A stretch of DNA of 64,000 nt. Origin: Heteronotia binoei (Eukaryota). Within the stretch, counting starts at the first letter, position 1. The number at the start of each line of letters is the position of its first letter. The notes below the pieces were generated by a model that had not been told where the DNA came from, made no database searches, and saw only the letters and a program-made list of their open reading frames with translations. The stretch covers positions 32,426,001 to 32,490,000 of the forward strand of contig NC_083231.1 in the NCBI RefSeq assembly GCF_032191835.1. The letters are read 5' to 3'. Positions 22,220 through 34,940 of this stretch are shown here, in pieces. Position numbers and translations under genes: made by a program.

Positions 22220-24005
22220 ATTTTATTTATTTAAATTTCTATCCCACCCTCTCCACAAGCGGACTCAGGGCGGCTGACAACATTCATATTCACAAGTTAA
22301 AACCAATAAAACAATTACAATTTAAGATTTTAAAACCATTTCGTGGTGCTGTATCACTACAATACAAGCGAGTTCTTCTTTTCTGACGGCGATCACCTAG
22401 TACTCTATATGATGTCGGATGGCAGTTCTCTCCCAGTTAGATATCAAAAGCCTGTTGGAACAATTCGATCTTACAGGCCCTGCGGAAAGTGGAAAGATCC
22501 CGCAGGGCCCTTATGGCCTCCGGCAGAGCATTCCACAATTCTGGTGCTGCCACCGAGAAGGCCCTAGCTTGCGTCTAACACAGCCTAGCCTCCTTTGGTC
22601 CAGGGATGGATGATAGATTTTTTGTCCCTGAACACAGTGCTCTCTGGGGAACATGTGGAGAAAGGTGGTCCCACAGAGAGACAGGTCCCTGACCATAAAG
22701 GGCTTTAAAGGTCAATACCAACACCTTGAAACGGACTCGGAACCTTGAAACAGACTCGGAATAGGTAGCCAGTGCAGCTCTTTCAGCACTGGCTGAATGT
22801 GCTCCCTTCGGGGGAGCCCCATTAACAGCTGTGCCGCATAGTTCTGCACTAGCTGTAGTTTCCGAGACAGCATCAAGGGTAGCCCCATGTAGAGAGCATT
22901 ACAGTGATCTATTCTTGAGGTGACCATGGCTTGGATCACCATTGCTAAGTTGTCATGCTCCAGGAAAAGGGCCAACTGCTGCACCTGCCGAAGATGAGAA
23001 AAGGTGGATGCTACCTGGGCCTCCATTGTAAGAGAGGACTCGAGGAGCACACCCAAGCTCTTGACCTTAGGGGTCGGTATTAACGACACCCCGACAAGAG
23101 CTGGCAGAAGGATCTCCCCCCCCGCCCCGGACCACCCCGGCTCAGGTAGAGAACCTCCGTCTTCATCGGATTCAGCTTCAGCCAACTCAGCCTGAGCCAA
23201 GATGCTACGGCTTGAAGAACCAGGTCTAGACTTTCCGGGGTACAGTCGGACTGGCCACCCATCAATAGACAGAGCTGGGTGTCATCTGCTTATTGGTGAC
23301 ATCCTAGTCCATACCTCCTGACAATCTGGGCAAGGGGGCGCATATAGATGTTAAATAACATCGGAGACAGAACCGCACCCTGTGGCACACCACATATAAG
23401 TGGGTGCCTTTGGGATGATTCCTCCCCTATCACCACCCTTTGTCCCAGATCTTGGAGAAAGGAGGCCAACCACTGTTAGGCGGACCCCTGAATCCCCACA
23501 TCGGCAAGGCAGCTAGTCAGTAGCTGATGGTCAATCGTATCAAATGCGGCTGACATATCTAATAATAACAGCACTTCTGAGCCGCCCCGATCCAGATGTC
23601 GCATGAGGCCATCTATGAGGGCGACCAGAACCGTCTCCGTCCCGTGATTTGGTTGAAAGCCGGACTGGAATGGATCCAGTGCGGAAGTGTCATCCAAGAA
23701 TCCCTGTAGCTGAGTTGCCACCGCCCGCTCTATAACCTTACCCAAAAGGAGAAGATTTGATACTGGCCGATAGTTCGCCAATACGATCGGATCTGCAGAT
23801 GGTTCTTTCAAGAGGGAACAGACCACAGCCTCTTTAAGAGGTGTGGGAAAGATCCCTTCTGCCAGGGATCTGTTGACAATACCTTGTAGTGGCTCACGTA
23901 GCAACGCCTGGCTAGCTTTTATAAGCCAGGACGGGCATGGGTCCAACCCACAGGTCATAGGGCGTACAGCAAAAAGGATCCTGTTGACTTCCTCCAGGCT
24001 GAGTG
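22220..24005 (-). mobile_element. 5'-truncated L2-type LINE (RT pseudogene)
   Basis: RT motifs LDPCPSWL, NYRPVSNL, DPFQSGF, DMSAAFDTIDH, GVPQG, ADDTQL, LHWLP; 3' end GCCGCCCTGAG...AAATAAATAAAA. Confidence 0.92.
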
Positions 24006-25671
24006 GATGTCATTAGAAGTCATCCTCCAGAAAAACTTGATAGAAGATGTTCAAATCACCAAACACCTATCCCCATGTGATTTCCCATTTTCTACTGTTG
24101 TCACTTTGCAAAATTGTATCTTCTTAGCCTAAGTAACCCAGGTCATGTCTGAGACACACTGAAATTCTTTACAGTTTCAGATTTGTATTGGAGAAACCTG
24201 CATGAGAATCTCCCTCCAGCCACGATGATTACATCTCACTACTTCACAAGACTGTTCTGAGGATGCAATGGAAAGAAATTGCAAAGGTGCCACCCTGAAC
24301 TATCTGAAGAAAGGATCAAAGAGGTGTAGGGAGTGTTTATGAGCATAGTGTGAAGGTGCAGCTGATCAGCATCGGAATGATAACATCTTCAGACAGAGGG
24401 GGGGGGGAATACCTAGAAGTTGCATGCATAAGAAAAACCATCACACTAATAACTTTGCCATGCATTCAAACAGCCCACACTTGCGTAATATCTTCTTTTA
24501 CATGACATCATTCTTAGCAAGGTTGATTCACACAAAGCCATATTTACTATGCGGAAACTCACATGAGGAAATAACAACTTCTTTTCCGTGGCAAATATAC
24601 CCTGTACTGTTGTTTTGGGGTTTTTTGCATATATATGCATCTCTCATAATGAAATTTTCATGAGCACTATGCTCTTATTTCATTTGCAGAAGAAACTCTT
24701 GTTTGAAATGGCAGTTCTCTAGTCTAAGCAGTTCTTGGTTGAAGCTCAACAAAGTTGACCTTTCAAATATTCCTTCAAAATCCAATTCCAAACAATTAGT
24801 GCCTTGTGCATCGCAGCAGTTAGAAACTTCCTGGAGTCCACTCACTGTCTTTCTTCTGCCTTTGGGAGGCAAAATATCCATCCGCAATGCTAATCTTCAC
24901 CCATTCCCCCCTCCAAAAAGAGCAGTGCCACCAGATGTGAAAATACTCAGTAACACCTTTCTGCACTGAAGAGTTTGCAGCATGGAAGGGGGTACAAATA
25001 AACATCATAAATGCAAAGCCTTTTATGTATTACTCTGCAGTGTTGGAAAAGTTTGCAGCTAGATGGACCAGCTTTAGCTCTTGTGAAGAAAGTATTGTTG
25101 GGTGGACAGAAGAAATTCCTGCTTCACTCTTTGGTCATGACAGTGATATCATGGAAAACCAGGGTGGAGCGCTTTCTAATGTTAAATGTCAGATTCTAAT
25201 GGAATCATTAAAACTTATAGCTAATTATTTTGCTGAGGAGTTGCATGGAAGATAAAAAAAAGGGGCTGTAAGAATGCTTAAGTTGAAATATATTATCTCC
25301 ATAACAGATCATGAAGTAGAGCCAATAGCAAAACTAAGGTTGAGAGAAGGACCACATTCTCATGAGCTCTCTACATATATTTAGGATTTGGATTTGAAGT
25401 GGGTACTTTTTGTCCCAGCTTCAGCAGCTACACTGCACAAGTCTAATGTAGACCAGACACCACGTGCTGAAAAAAGCCTATGTTCTCACAAAGTTAAATT
25501 TTGCTTCCTGAAATTGGCTACAGACTAACTGATATGCTTTGACTCCTGAGCACATTTGGTGCCATCTTCAACTTATTTCAGTACCTGAGTATAGTATAGT
25601 ACTAATTGTGGAAAAAACATGCATAAATCCATATTTCAGAGGACTCTACACCACACTCAGGAAGATCTTAC

Positions 25672-25788
25672 CATTTTTTCCATTTTTAACAACTTGTTAT
25701 CTTGCTGATGCAGTTTCTCATTCTTGATCTCCAGCACTGCTTTTAAACTTTCCAGCTCTTGTTCCAAATACATGATCTGAGGGTTTTT
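25672..25788 (-). CDS. MTUS1: MTUS1 exon
   Basis: 117-nt AG/GT exon, [39 protein letters not shown] (not in the ORF track). Confidence 0.97.
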
Positions 25789-26375
25789 CTGAAAAATTAC
25801 ACCCAGAACAGTTTAGAGACATCTCTCTTCCAAATACGTGGAAAACATGTTAGGAATCTAATACAGACTGTCCAAATCATGCTGGAGTTTTATCAGTGTA
25901 CCAGCATATCCTTTACCTAACTTGTCACACTCATAAGAATTTGTATAGAGGGAAGAAGGGAGTGGGAAAATCTCTTTATAACAAAGCTCATTGGAAGGCA
26001 CTTCACAGGCTGGCTTTATAGCCCTGTTTGTGTTCTTGTAAACTTATTTGATTGGTGTAAGTGATGACAAATAATTCAGATCAGGATTCTGTTGCTGTCT
26101 TTTAAAAAGTTATTCATGGGTCCGCCTAAAGAACAGCACACATGGAAATAAGAACTCTACATGGACTTCAGCTCTGAAACCACAAAAAAGTCATATTGTG
26201 ATAGGAGAAAAGAAAATCCATCAAACCTATCCTTAGTTGTTTTACAGCTAAATATAATGATAACATACAAAGTGTTTGTGACTCTTGGAGAAAAAGCTGA
26301 TCTTAAAATACAAACTGTGTTTAAGGTTACAACTGTATTGATAAAATGATTTCCTATGAGGAGCCAGCAATATAA

Positions 26376-26390
26376 GTGTGTGTGTATGTA

Positions 26391-26423
<33 letters not shown>
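26376..26423. repeat. (TG)n microsatellite
   Basis: Run of TG/TATG units. Confidence 0.95.
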
Positions 26424-26425
<2 letters not shown>

Positions 26426-27327
26426 ATACATCCCCCAAATTAAAATATTATGCATAATTATAATGATTACACCACTACATACATCCAAACATCCTCTAGC
26501 CACTTCCCTTTTGCACCTTTTAAACATCAGTAAGCCAAAGTAAACAAAAATTCAATGAAGAACATGTCTTTTAGACACATCAACCGGTAGATATTCCAAA
26601 ACCAAAGGTGAAAGAGAAAGGCATTCAAAGAGACCGAGAGATAAATCTTTCCAGGTAATTAGGCTTTTTCAACTTAAACTGTATGAACTAGTGAAATCTG
26701 CCAAGTTTGTCTGGAAAGAAGGAAATGATGCAATAGTTAAGGTTTAAAGGAGGCAAAGTTAACAAGAAAAGAAAGCCAGCTGAGACAGACATTGAGAATC
26801 AAAAGATGACAAGATAAGTGTGCATTAATCATTAGTTACATAACACAGTATCCCAAGTAATGTTAAATCAGTTTACTGCAGGCTTCACTGTATTGCTAGA
26901 ACTTCTACAGTAAAGATCCTCTTAGTGTCACAAGAGGCAAGAGAACACAAAAATAAAGTCTATCCTTTTTCAAAACAAGTCAAACAATGAATTACTGAGG
27001 AATAGTCTAACCTATACTTCAAGCTTTTAAGAACATGGCAGACCATATTCTCTCTGTTTACGGCAAACTGAGCATAGTAGTGTTACTCACTAAGCCCCAC
27101 GTTTATATCTAATTTCATGTGTGCCAGCTCAGAAGATCTATTCATGCTCTTACTTGCAAGCACTTCAAAACACATACAAATCTTTCAGAACAGAAATTGC
27201 TCATGTTAGAATGGGCAGCAATATGGCAGAGGTACTCAAAAGTTGCCAGGTACTAATTAAATACTTCTAAATTTAGGTAGAGGTTGCCCAGCTGTACACT
27301 TAGTTTTAAGTCCAAGTTGATACTTAC

Positions 27328-27423
27328 AAGATTTGCTTTTTCTTTGGCTATTCGTTTTTGCTCTTCCAACTTCAGCTTTTCGTTCAAGGAATCGTTTTCA
27401 CTCTGTAACTCAGCAATTTTTTT
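27328..27423 (-). CDS. MTUS1: MTUS1 exon
   Basis: 96-nt AG/GT exon, KKIAELQSENDSLNEKLKLEEQKRIAKEKANL. Confidence 0.96.
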
Positions 27424-27873
27424 CTAAAAGGCAAAATAACTTGAATTATTATGTAGTCCAATGAACTCAACCCAGGCTTCTAATTGGTCTTACAAACTCA
27501 CACATACTAGAAATGACAGCACTGAAAAGAAATGTTAGACCCAAATGATGAACTTTTACCACAGAGCTAGTAATGAAAATTGTAGGAAACATTAATGATG
27601 AAGCTGAGTGGACATGTTGGAAAAGGCCGACAAGAAATGGTAACAAATACTACAACTAATAGGAATCCAAGGTAAGATTCCATGGAAATTGAAGAGCTAG
27701 ATAACAATTTAGAGAAAAAATGTTCTACGTAGGTTTGTCTTCACTGGTGAGTTGGTCTGAGCAAGAAATACAGGTTTAAGCAAGAACAGTCACATTGTCT
27801 AGTCCCAGATTACATTTCTGCAGATGGGGAAGGCTACAAAAAACATGAAATTCATGAAGGTTCTTTAGAACAA

Positions 27874-28096
27874 GTATAGTTGCCATCTTCCAGGTTAGGC
27901 TGAGAGATCTCACAGAATTACAACTGATCTCCATACTACACAGATAAGTTCCCTAGAGAATACATCCATTTTGGAAGGTGAACTTGAATAGCATTATATC
28001 CTGCTAAGGCTCCTCTTCTTCTCTCCAGCCCTCAACCCTCCACAGGCTCCACCTACAAATCTCCAGGAATTTTCCAACCTGTAGCAGGCAACTCTA
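27874..28096 (+). mobile_element. hAT-type MITE (TAGGGTTGCCA family), diverged
   Basis: Same body as 9925 and 49408; ends GGCAACTCTA. Confidence 0.7.
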
Positions 28097-28251
28097 AGAG
28101 CAAGTGAGGGCACAGAATTAGGGCTAGACTTCAGAATAAAGCAATACAAGTTACAAACACCCAAGATACATGCAGATGGTATTGTTATGGCAGATGACAG
28201 CTTTTATTTTACAGGTTCCTATAAATCCTCCCCAAAAAGAGGAATCCAAAC

Positions 28252-28325
28252 CTCTAGTTCTTCCTGTTTCTCTTGGAACGATTCTTGAAGTGTCTTTCTT
28301 TCTGATTCATGGACATTCTTGAGCT
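28252..28325 (-). CDS. MTUS1: MTUS1 exon
   Basis: 74-nt exon, ELKNVHESERKTLQESFQEKQEELE; donor GTTTGG. Confidence 0.93.
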
Positions 28326-28398
28326 CTGAAAAACATTTAAAAAAACAATTTAGTTTTGCATGAGAAGTGCACTTGTTTACAGAGCAACAAGATGTCCA

Positions 28399-28479
28399 TG
28401 GTATAAGCTTTTGCGAGTCAATGCTCCCTTCATCAGATGTGGTATACCCCCAAAATCTTGTTGGTCTCTAAGGTGCCAC
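28399..28479. mobile_element. Penelope-like remnant with degenerate hammerhead core
   Basis: Minus strand CTGATGA-AGGGAG-CATTGA-CTCGC-AAAA-GCTTATACC, followed by an oppositely oriented PLE end (TTGTTGGTCTCTAAGGTGCCAC). Confidence 0.6.
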
Positions 28480-29150
28480 CAACATGGCTCCCCAATGAAA
28501 CTTGCTTAATGTTCAGTAACAATAGTCTTTACATGTCCTAGTTTATATGATGTTAAGTAAACTGGAAAAATCAGGTCATCATTATTTTGATAGGAAAAAC
28601 ACAAGCTGTTTCAATAGAATGCAAGATGACAAGTGCTGAATATGTTTGATGTCATGACAGAAATATTCCCTACAATTAATAAGATCCCCACCCTTTTTGA
28701 GCCTGCAGGCAACTTTGCAAACTTTACAAGGGGGTGGTGAAGAGTTGCTGAGCGATATCTCAGAATGGATGCCACAGAACATAGAGTCAAAACCAAAACA
28801 GCTGCTACAGGAGGCAGAGCCAAATAGAATAGAATACCTCCTGTCTCAAACTTCCTGGGAAGAAGAAATGCTTGAAGGCGGAATGGACCCACACACTGAC
28901 TAAGAATAGCTCACAGGTTTACCGGTCTTCCTGATCCTCCAGTGACTACCTGTTATTGCAGCCATGGGAAATCCTTTCATTTCAATGAAGGCAACCAACC
29001 CCTGCTTTACAATGGACCACTCATTTTATGAAAAGATAAAGGAAGTACTGGAGGGTGCCATAGTGTCCACAAGCATCCTGTTGGGGAACCCCGTCTCAAA
29101 CAGTAATCCACCAGGGAACTGAACACAATCTAGTAAGTAAGACAACTTGC

Positions 29151-29256
29151 CTGAAAAGGACGATTCGTATTCCCTCTTCAGTTCTTCGATCCTCTCTGTA
29201 TGACTGGCTTCAAGCTCTATTTTAAAGTTTTCATGTGTAAAGGTCAAGTCATCAAC
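29151..29256 (-). CDS. MTUS1: MTUS1 exon (GC donor)
   Basis: 106-nt exon, VDDLTFTHENFKIELEASHTERIEELKREYESSFS(E); donor CAG|GCAAGT keeps frame with the next exon. Confidence 0.93.
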
Positions 29257-29346
29257 CTGATGAGTGAGAACACATATTTTTCAAGACATATGAAACAGTT
29301 TCTCAGTTTGTTTCTGGGCACAACTGACAGTGCAAGTTCTTAATTA

Positions 29347-29948
29347 CTGTATTTTTTGGTCCATAAGGCGCTCCGGACCATAGGACGCACCTTCCTCCTG
29401 GGGGGCGATCCGTTGCCTCCGCCTCCGATCCCGGCGCTTCCCCCACGCCTGTCTGCCTGGCTCCAGCTTCTTCGAGCAAGCGCTGGGATCGCTCCACGCT
29501 GCCCCCACCGCAAACCCAGCGCTTTGCGAGCGCCGGCTGCGGAGGGGGCAGCGTGCTTCCTCCGTGCCTGTCTGCCTGGCTCCAGCTCTGACGCTTACAG
29601 CAAGCGCCAGGATCGCTCCCTCCGCCCTCCGATCCTGGCGCTTGCTGTAAGCGACAGAGCTGGAGCCAGGCAGACAGGCACGGAGGAAGCACGCTGCCCC
29701 CTCCGCAGCCGGCGCTCATAAAGCGCTGGGTTTGCGGTGGGGGCAGCGTGGAGCGATCCCAGCGCTTGCTGGAAGAAGCTGGAGCCAGGCAGGCAGGCAG
29801 GCAGGCGCGAGGGAAGAGCCGGGATCAGAGGCGGAGGCAGCGGATGGCCCCCCCCGGAGGAAGGTACCTTCGCTCCATAAGACGCACACACTTCCCCCCA
29901 CACTTTTTTTTTTGGGGGGGAGTGCATCTTATGGTCCAAAAAATATGG
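29347..29948. mobile_element. Non-autonomous Tc1/mariner (Tc2/pogo-like) fold-back element
   Basis: TA at both flanks (29345-46, 29949-50); TIRs CTGTATTTTTTGGTCCATAAG / CTTATGGTCCAAAAAATATGG; internal inverted arms of about 227 bp. Confidence 0.8.
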
Positions 29949-30608
29949 TATTTATTTTAAACATTTTTATGCTGTCTTTCCACCCAAAGCCTTCTTTTAT
30001 GTAGAGACAGAATTTGTTTGCCTTATGTAAATACAAGGGCACTGTTAAGGTGCAATTACTTACACCATGTTGGAGGACAATCAGGAGAATGAGCCTCTAA
30101 TGGTATGGCTGATACTTATAGGCCCTACAGTAGTGTTGCATAAACGTTGGCATTCATGGAAATGTTGGGGAATGAGCATTAAGCAAGCAGTGGGGGAAAA
30201 AATCTGGGAACTCCATGTGCGAAATGGAGCTCCCACACATCCATTGAGCACTCCACATGAATTTATATTGCATTAGATGCCCTGGTTCCAATACCAAACA
30301 CAACATCAGAAAGATTATTCATTACAGGCATTGTTCAAGATAATTGTCTCTAGAATTAACATTTAAGATGAAGCCAATATAAATCTTCTGCTGATGCAAC
30401 TACTAGGAATTTCAAAACCTTCATACAAGGAGGAGATTTTAAAATGAATTCAAGCACTATCAAGTGGCAGCAACCTCAATTTTATTCAAATGACACAATT
30501 GCGTTAAAACTACTTCGTGCAATCAGAAAATGCCCATCAGTACTGGAGCAACTCTCTGAAGCAAAAATATTTTCAGACATCTTTTGGGTAAGCCTCAATG
30601 GTCCAAAC

Positions 30609-30913
30609 CAGGGGTGGCCAAACTTGCTTAACGTAAGAGCCACATAGAATAAACATCAGATGTTTGAGAGCCGCAAGACAGGAAGGAAAGAGGGAGGGAG
30701 GGAGGCAATAGGAGAAAGGGTGGAGGGAGAGGTGGAAAGAAAGCAACTTTAAATGCATTCTCTAAGCCACCGGTTGGCTTGGTTTGGAAAAGTGATTTAA
30801 AGGCTGTGTTGGCCTTGTCCAAGCCAGCCAACACGGTAGTTGGGACTTCAAGAGCCACACAATATGTATGAAAGAGCCACATGTGGCTCCCGAGCCACAG
30901 TTTGGCCACCCCG
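30609..30913 (+). mobile_element. hAT (Charlie-like) MITE
   Basis: CAGGGGTGGCCAAAC termini; TSD GTCCAAAC/GTCCAAGC (7/8). Confidence 0.85.
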
Positions 30914-31027
30914 GTCCAAGCAAAAGCCGCATTACAAAAAGACCCAATGCTTAAAGCCAACACCCAGCTCCAGCCTTGATTATTGATTTATTCACCCAAC
31001 TATCACCCCCGTTCTTGGACCATCTAC

Positions 31028-31242
31028 CTGTTCTTGGAGCTGTGCTTTATATTTTTCAGCTTCCTCAATACAGATAGTCTGTAGTTTTTCGCACTCTGCT
31101 GTGTAAAACTGTTTTAGCCTCTCCTCCAGCTCAGCAAGATCACTTTGGTGCTGCTGGTTTAGCTTCTGCACAAATCCTTCATAAGCTGCTTGTAGTTCAT
31201 TCCTGTCTTTCTCCAATTTCTCACATGCTGTTGTAGTAGTTC
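31028..31242 (-). CDS. MTUS1: MTUS1 exon (coiled coil)
   Basis: 215-nt AG/GT exon, (G)[25 protein letters not shown]...[13 protein letters not shown]. Confidence 0.97.
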
Positions 31243-33444
31243 CTAGAAATGAACAGATTTTTAAAAAATGAAATACATGATTAGATTTAACAGAGTTCAA
31301 TAGCTTTAAACACAACAATGTTCTTGAATTTTTGAGAATGGGTATAATCCAAAAAATGCTTGGAAGCATGTTCAGAACCACAGCTGGTTGAATAAGCCAC
31401 CAGGTGTCTCTACAAGGGTTTTGAGAGAGTATTTTGAAGGTTCTTATTTCAAATTAAAACTCCAGAATCAAAGGAAGTATATGCAAGGCTAAGCTGTTCT
31501 CCCATAAAGGTGCCCAACACACATACTTATTTTAAACAGATATAGCACATGTTAAATTTTAATCTTTGTTTTACTAATAAGTTCTGATTTTAACTCATAA
31601 ACAACTAAAAGTCAAAGATTTAAAGTCCCATGCTTCCAAAGAGGATTATCCTGCATCATTGTAACACACGAGGAGCAATTCAGCTTCAAACAAGGTCTCA
31701 AAGGACAGCAAAATCAATGTGAAAGGGGTGCATCTCTTTCATTCTTCCTTCATTGGATATAGAAAATCTGCAAAGATATGGTAGTCCACAGCTCCTCAAA
31801 GAAACCAAAGAACAGCTTGGTAGCTGACATACTGGCATTTTGCAGAAGTGACTTTTCACACCTCCAGAAACAACTGCAGGAATGGATTTCAAATGAGTTA
31901 TTTCATGGCACACATGACTGCCATAGGTCCACAGGTGCTGCTATATACAGTCATTAACAGGTGAAAATGAACAAGAGACTACCATTCTTGACACTAACAG
32001 TCATGCAAGTCAAACCTTGAGAATCCTTAATGTTACATCCTTATTTTGTCTAGTTTAACAGACATAGGAGGAATACTTTTGTGCGTCAAACCATCAATTG
32101 TCTGAAAGGTCTTTTTGTAAATTTTTCCCCAGCCATTCTAGGGTTATCTACATACTTTATTTCTCCCCAATGGGGACCCAAAGCAGCTTACATTGATCTC
32201 CTCTCTTCCATTTTATCCTCAACAACTATTGCGTGAGCTAGATTTGGCTGAGAATGTGTGAACGGCCCAAGGTCACATGAAAAATTCCACAGCAGAGATT
32301 CAAACCCAGGTCTCCCAGCTCCTAGTACAACACTAAACATTATACCCCACTGGCTCTCTTGTGAGTTTTGCATCTTGAACTACGGCTATATCAATACAAG
32401 TACAGAGAATTTCCTTCTCAAAGGGTGCCAGGAATACTGATTGAATGGATGGTATCTGATACCAACCTTTTTTCATTCTTTTCTTTCTTAGAAAGAAAAA
32501 ACTTGCACAAAATGCCCAACTATTTGTAACAAAAACTATCAAATTTCAAAAATCTAGCTCTGGAAGAGATTAAAAAGTATCACTGGGCATAGTTATTAAG
32601 TCGAAATGACTACTTATTATTTTCACTCATTTAAGAGAATTGTATCAGCTAACAGGCTGCTGAACATACACACATTATCACTCTGAACTTGGAACTGCTT
32701 TGAAGGAGAAATTATTGTTAAATTAATTCAGGGGAACAGGCAGAGATCTGATATCACATACACTGCAACGCATCTGTGCCATCCAAAATCACCAAAGTAT
32801 GGAGGTTGTCAGAATTGTGCCACTAATTCCACATGTACGAAGAAACCAAAATCAGCACCACCTAATCCAAGACACCCAAATTATTACAAACATTTTATCC
32901 CCAAATGGTTAAAGTACTTCCACTTAACTCACAAAGCAGAGCTTTAGTGCACACACAGCCCATGACTGATAAGTATAGTACTCTGAAATCAGGTTTTCAA
33001 AAACAAAGCCATGCAGTGATCAGAATTGAGACAGAACACTTCTCTCAACGGCAACACAAGGCATCTGCTTGGTGACTGTAGAAGTGAAAGGCCATGGGTT
33101 CATGGGCCACAGGGCCCCTGCATCACAGCTACTGCCAACAAAGAACACCAAGGCAAGATATGTGCCAGACTGATCTGCGTCTTCAGCTTTTTCCTCCCCT
33201 TGTCTCTCACTCTCTTTTTTTTTTGTATTCTGTGAGCCTGAGTGCAGGGACTCTATTTTCTATAACCTGCTTTGGGGGAACCAAAACATAAAATATGAAA
33301 AGCACAATGCAGGCGCCTCTTCAACCTAAAGCTTTACAGGACCCATAAGAGTTGGGTTGTTTGATGTCCTGTTGCTTCACTACCAAGGGCCCACAAATGT
33401 TGGTTTATCTTAGTAGTGTTCCCCCTAATCCTGTGGGATTAACC

Positions 33445-33626
33445 TAACCTCATCTCATCACACACAGATCTTGGAAGCAGTAAGCAGGGTCGACCCTGGC
33501 TAGTATTTGAATGGGAGACCACCAAGAAGTCCAGGGGCATGATGCAGATGCAGGCAATGGCAAACCACCTCTGAATATCTCTTGCCTTGAAACCTTACAT
33601 GGTTGCCACAAATCAGGTGTGACTTA
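33445..33626 (+). mobile_element. 5S-derived SINE (5S-Sauria-like)
   Basis: AGATCTTGGAAGCAGTAAGCAGGGTCGACCCTGGCTAGTATTTGAATGGGAGACCACC followed by GGCAATGGCAAACCACCTCTGAA. Confidence 0.7.
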
Positions 33627-33628
33627 AT

Positions 33629-33916
33629 GAAGAAGATATTGTATTTATATCCTGCCCTACACTCTGAATCTCAGAGTCTCAGAGTGGTAACAATCTCCTT
33701 TACCTTCCCCCCCCCACACACACACACAACAGACACCTGCGAGGTAGGTGGGGCTGAGAGAGCTCTTACAGCAGCTGCCCTTTCAAGGACAACTCCTACG
33801 AAAGCTATGGCTGACCCAAGGCCATTCCAGCAGGTGCAAGCGGCGGATTGGGGAATCAAACCCGGTTCTCCCAGATAATAGTCCACGCACTTAACCACTA
33901 CACCAAACTGGCTCTC
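33629..33916 (-). mobile_element. tRNA-derived SINE with L2-like tail (Squam2/AnolisSINE2-like)
   Basis: Reverse copy of the 38832 family (GAGAGCCAGTTTGGTGTAGTGGTTAAGTG...). Confidence 0.75.
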
Positions 33917-34589
33917 AACAAGCAACAACAATGGTAACAACAAGCAAAACAATGGCAACAAGCAAAACAAAATCCTTTGGGGTATCCAGAGGGATTGGGG
34001 AGAGGCAGAAATTCTTCTCCAGATTTGCTCTGGTGTATGAACAAAGGGAACAGCAGAAGTTTCTGCTGCTGTGAAAAGACTCCTGCTTTTTCTGTCTTAC
34101 ACCACAAAATTGGGGTGCATGTGTCTAGGAACAGGTTCTGTAAGCAGCTGATGATCCTGTTCGCCAGGCTCTTCTGGCAAGCAGATTTGTGGATTCCTGC
34201 TTTCCATATGTATTCATTCATTCATTTATTGCTCTTATGTCTACAATCTTGAGCAATTCAACAACAAAGCAGCAGCAATAATAACAACAATAAATAATAG
34301 TAACAATGAGCAATACAATAAATACACATAAATGACAATAAATACAGCAAATACACCTAAAACATCAAATTATCTGTTAGATTTGATTACATAAGGCAAA
34401 AAACATTAGCAACAGTGAAGGTAGTATCTTGGTCACTTTCAGTCAAAGAGTCTGTAATGTAACTAACAATGGGCTGAAAGACTAGCCATGTCCTTTAGAA
34501 GGGGAGAAATAAACATGATTTTGTACCTCTGAAATTTTGGACAGTCCAATGAACGATAAACTTAGATAGCATGATTCCCTGAGCTACAG

Positions 34590-34940
34590 AGTGTCACAGC
34601 TATCAGCTAAGGGAATCTTCCCAAAACAGCCAAAAAATTCTGCCGCTGGGACTGAATTAAAACCAGAGGTCAAACTAAGATGATCATTAGGGGAAATCCC
34701 TAGGCAGCCCAGGCAGGAGGTTACCAGTTTCTGCCAAAATGTTTTAAAGGTGTCCTTCCGCAATAGACAGAGTCTGCTCGTTCCCAGAGAGGCAAAGGTT
34801 AGCTTGAGCCAAAATCTAAAGGTAGATGCCCAGGCCTTTGCCTCAAGGGAGTGCACACCTAGTTCAGCTCTCAAGATGGTTCCTGTCATGCAACAAGAAG
34901 CTCCCATAATTCTTTTTAAAAATCTAGCACAAAAAAAAAA
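34590..34940 (-). mobile_element. Decayed RTE-X-like LINE ORF2 fragment
   Basis: Peptide RFLKRIMG...ILRAELGVHSLEAKAWASTFRFWLKL resembles the post-RT region of LINE ORF2. Confidence 0.45.

Noticed and set aside
24660-25260. Cluster of short ORFs in an MTUS1 intron as a nested gene
   Set aside because: No recognisable homology and no consistent exon structure; the missing MTUS1 exon was instead found at 25672-25788.
29303-30004. Overlapping ORFs in the CpG-rich block as a gene or CpG-island promoter
   Set aside because: Fully explained by a TA-flanked, TIR-bounded fold-back transposon.
33030-33240. Possible additional MTUS1 exon
   Set aside because: No frame resembles MTUS1, and no convincing splice pair is compatible with the flanking phases.
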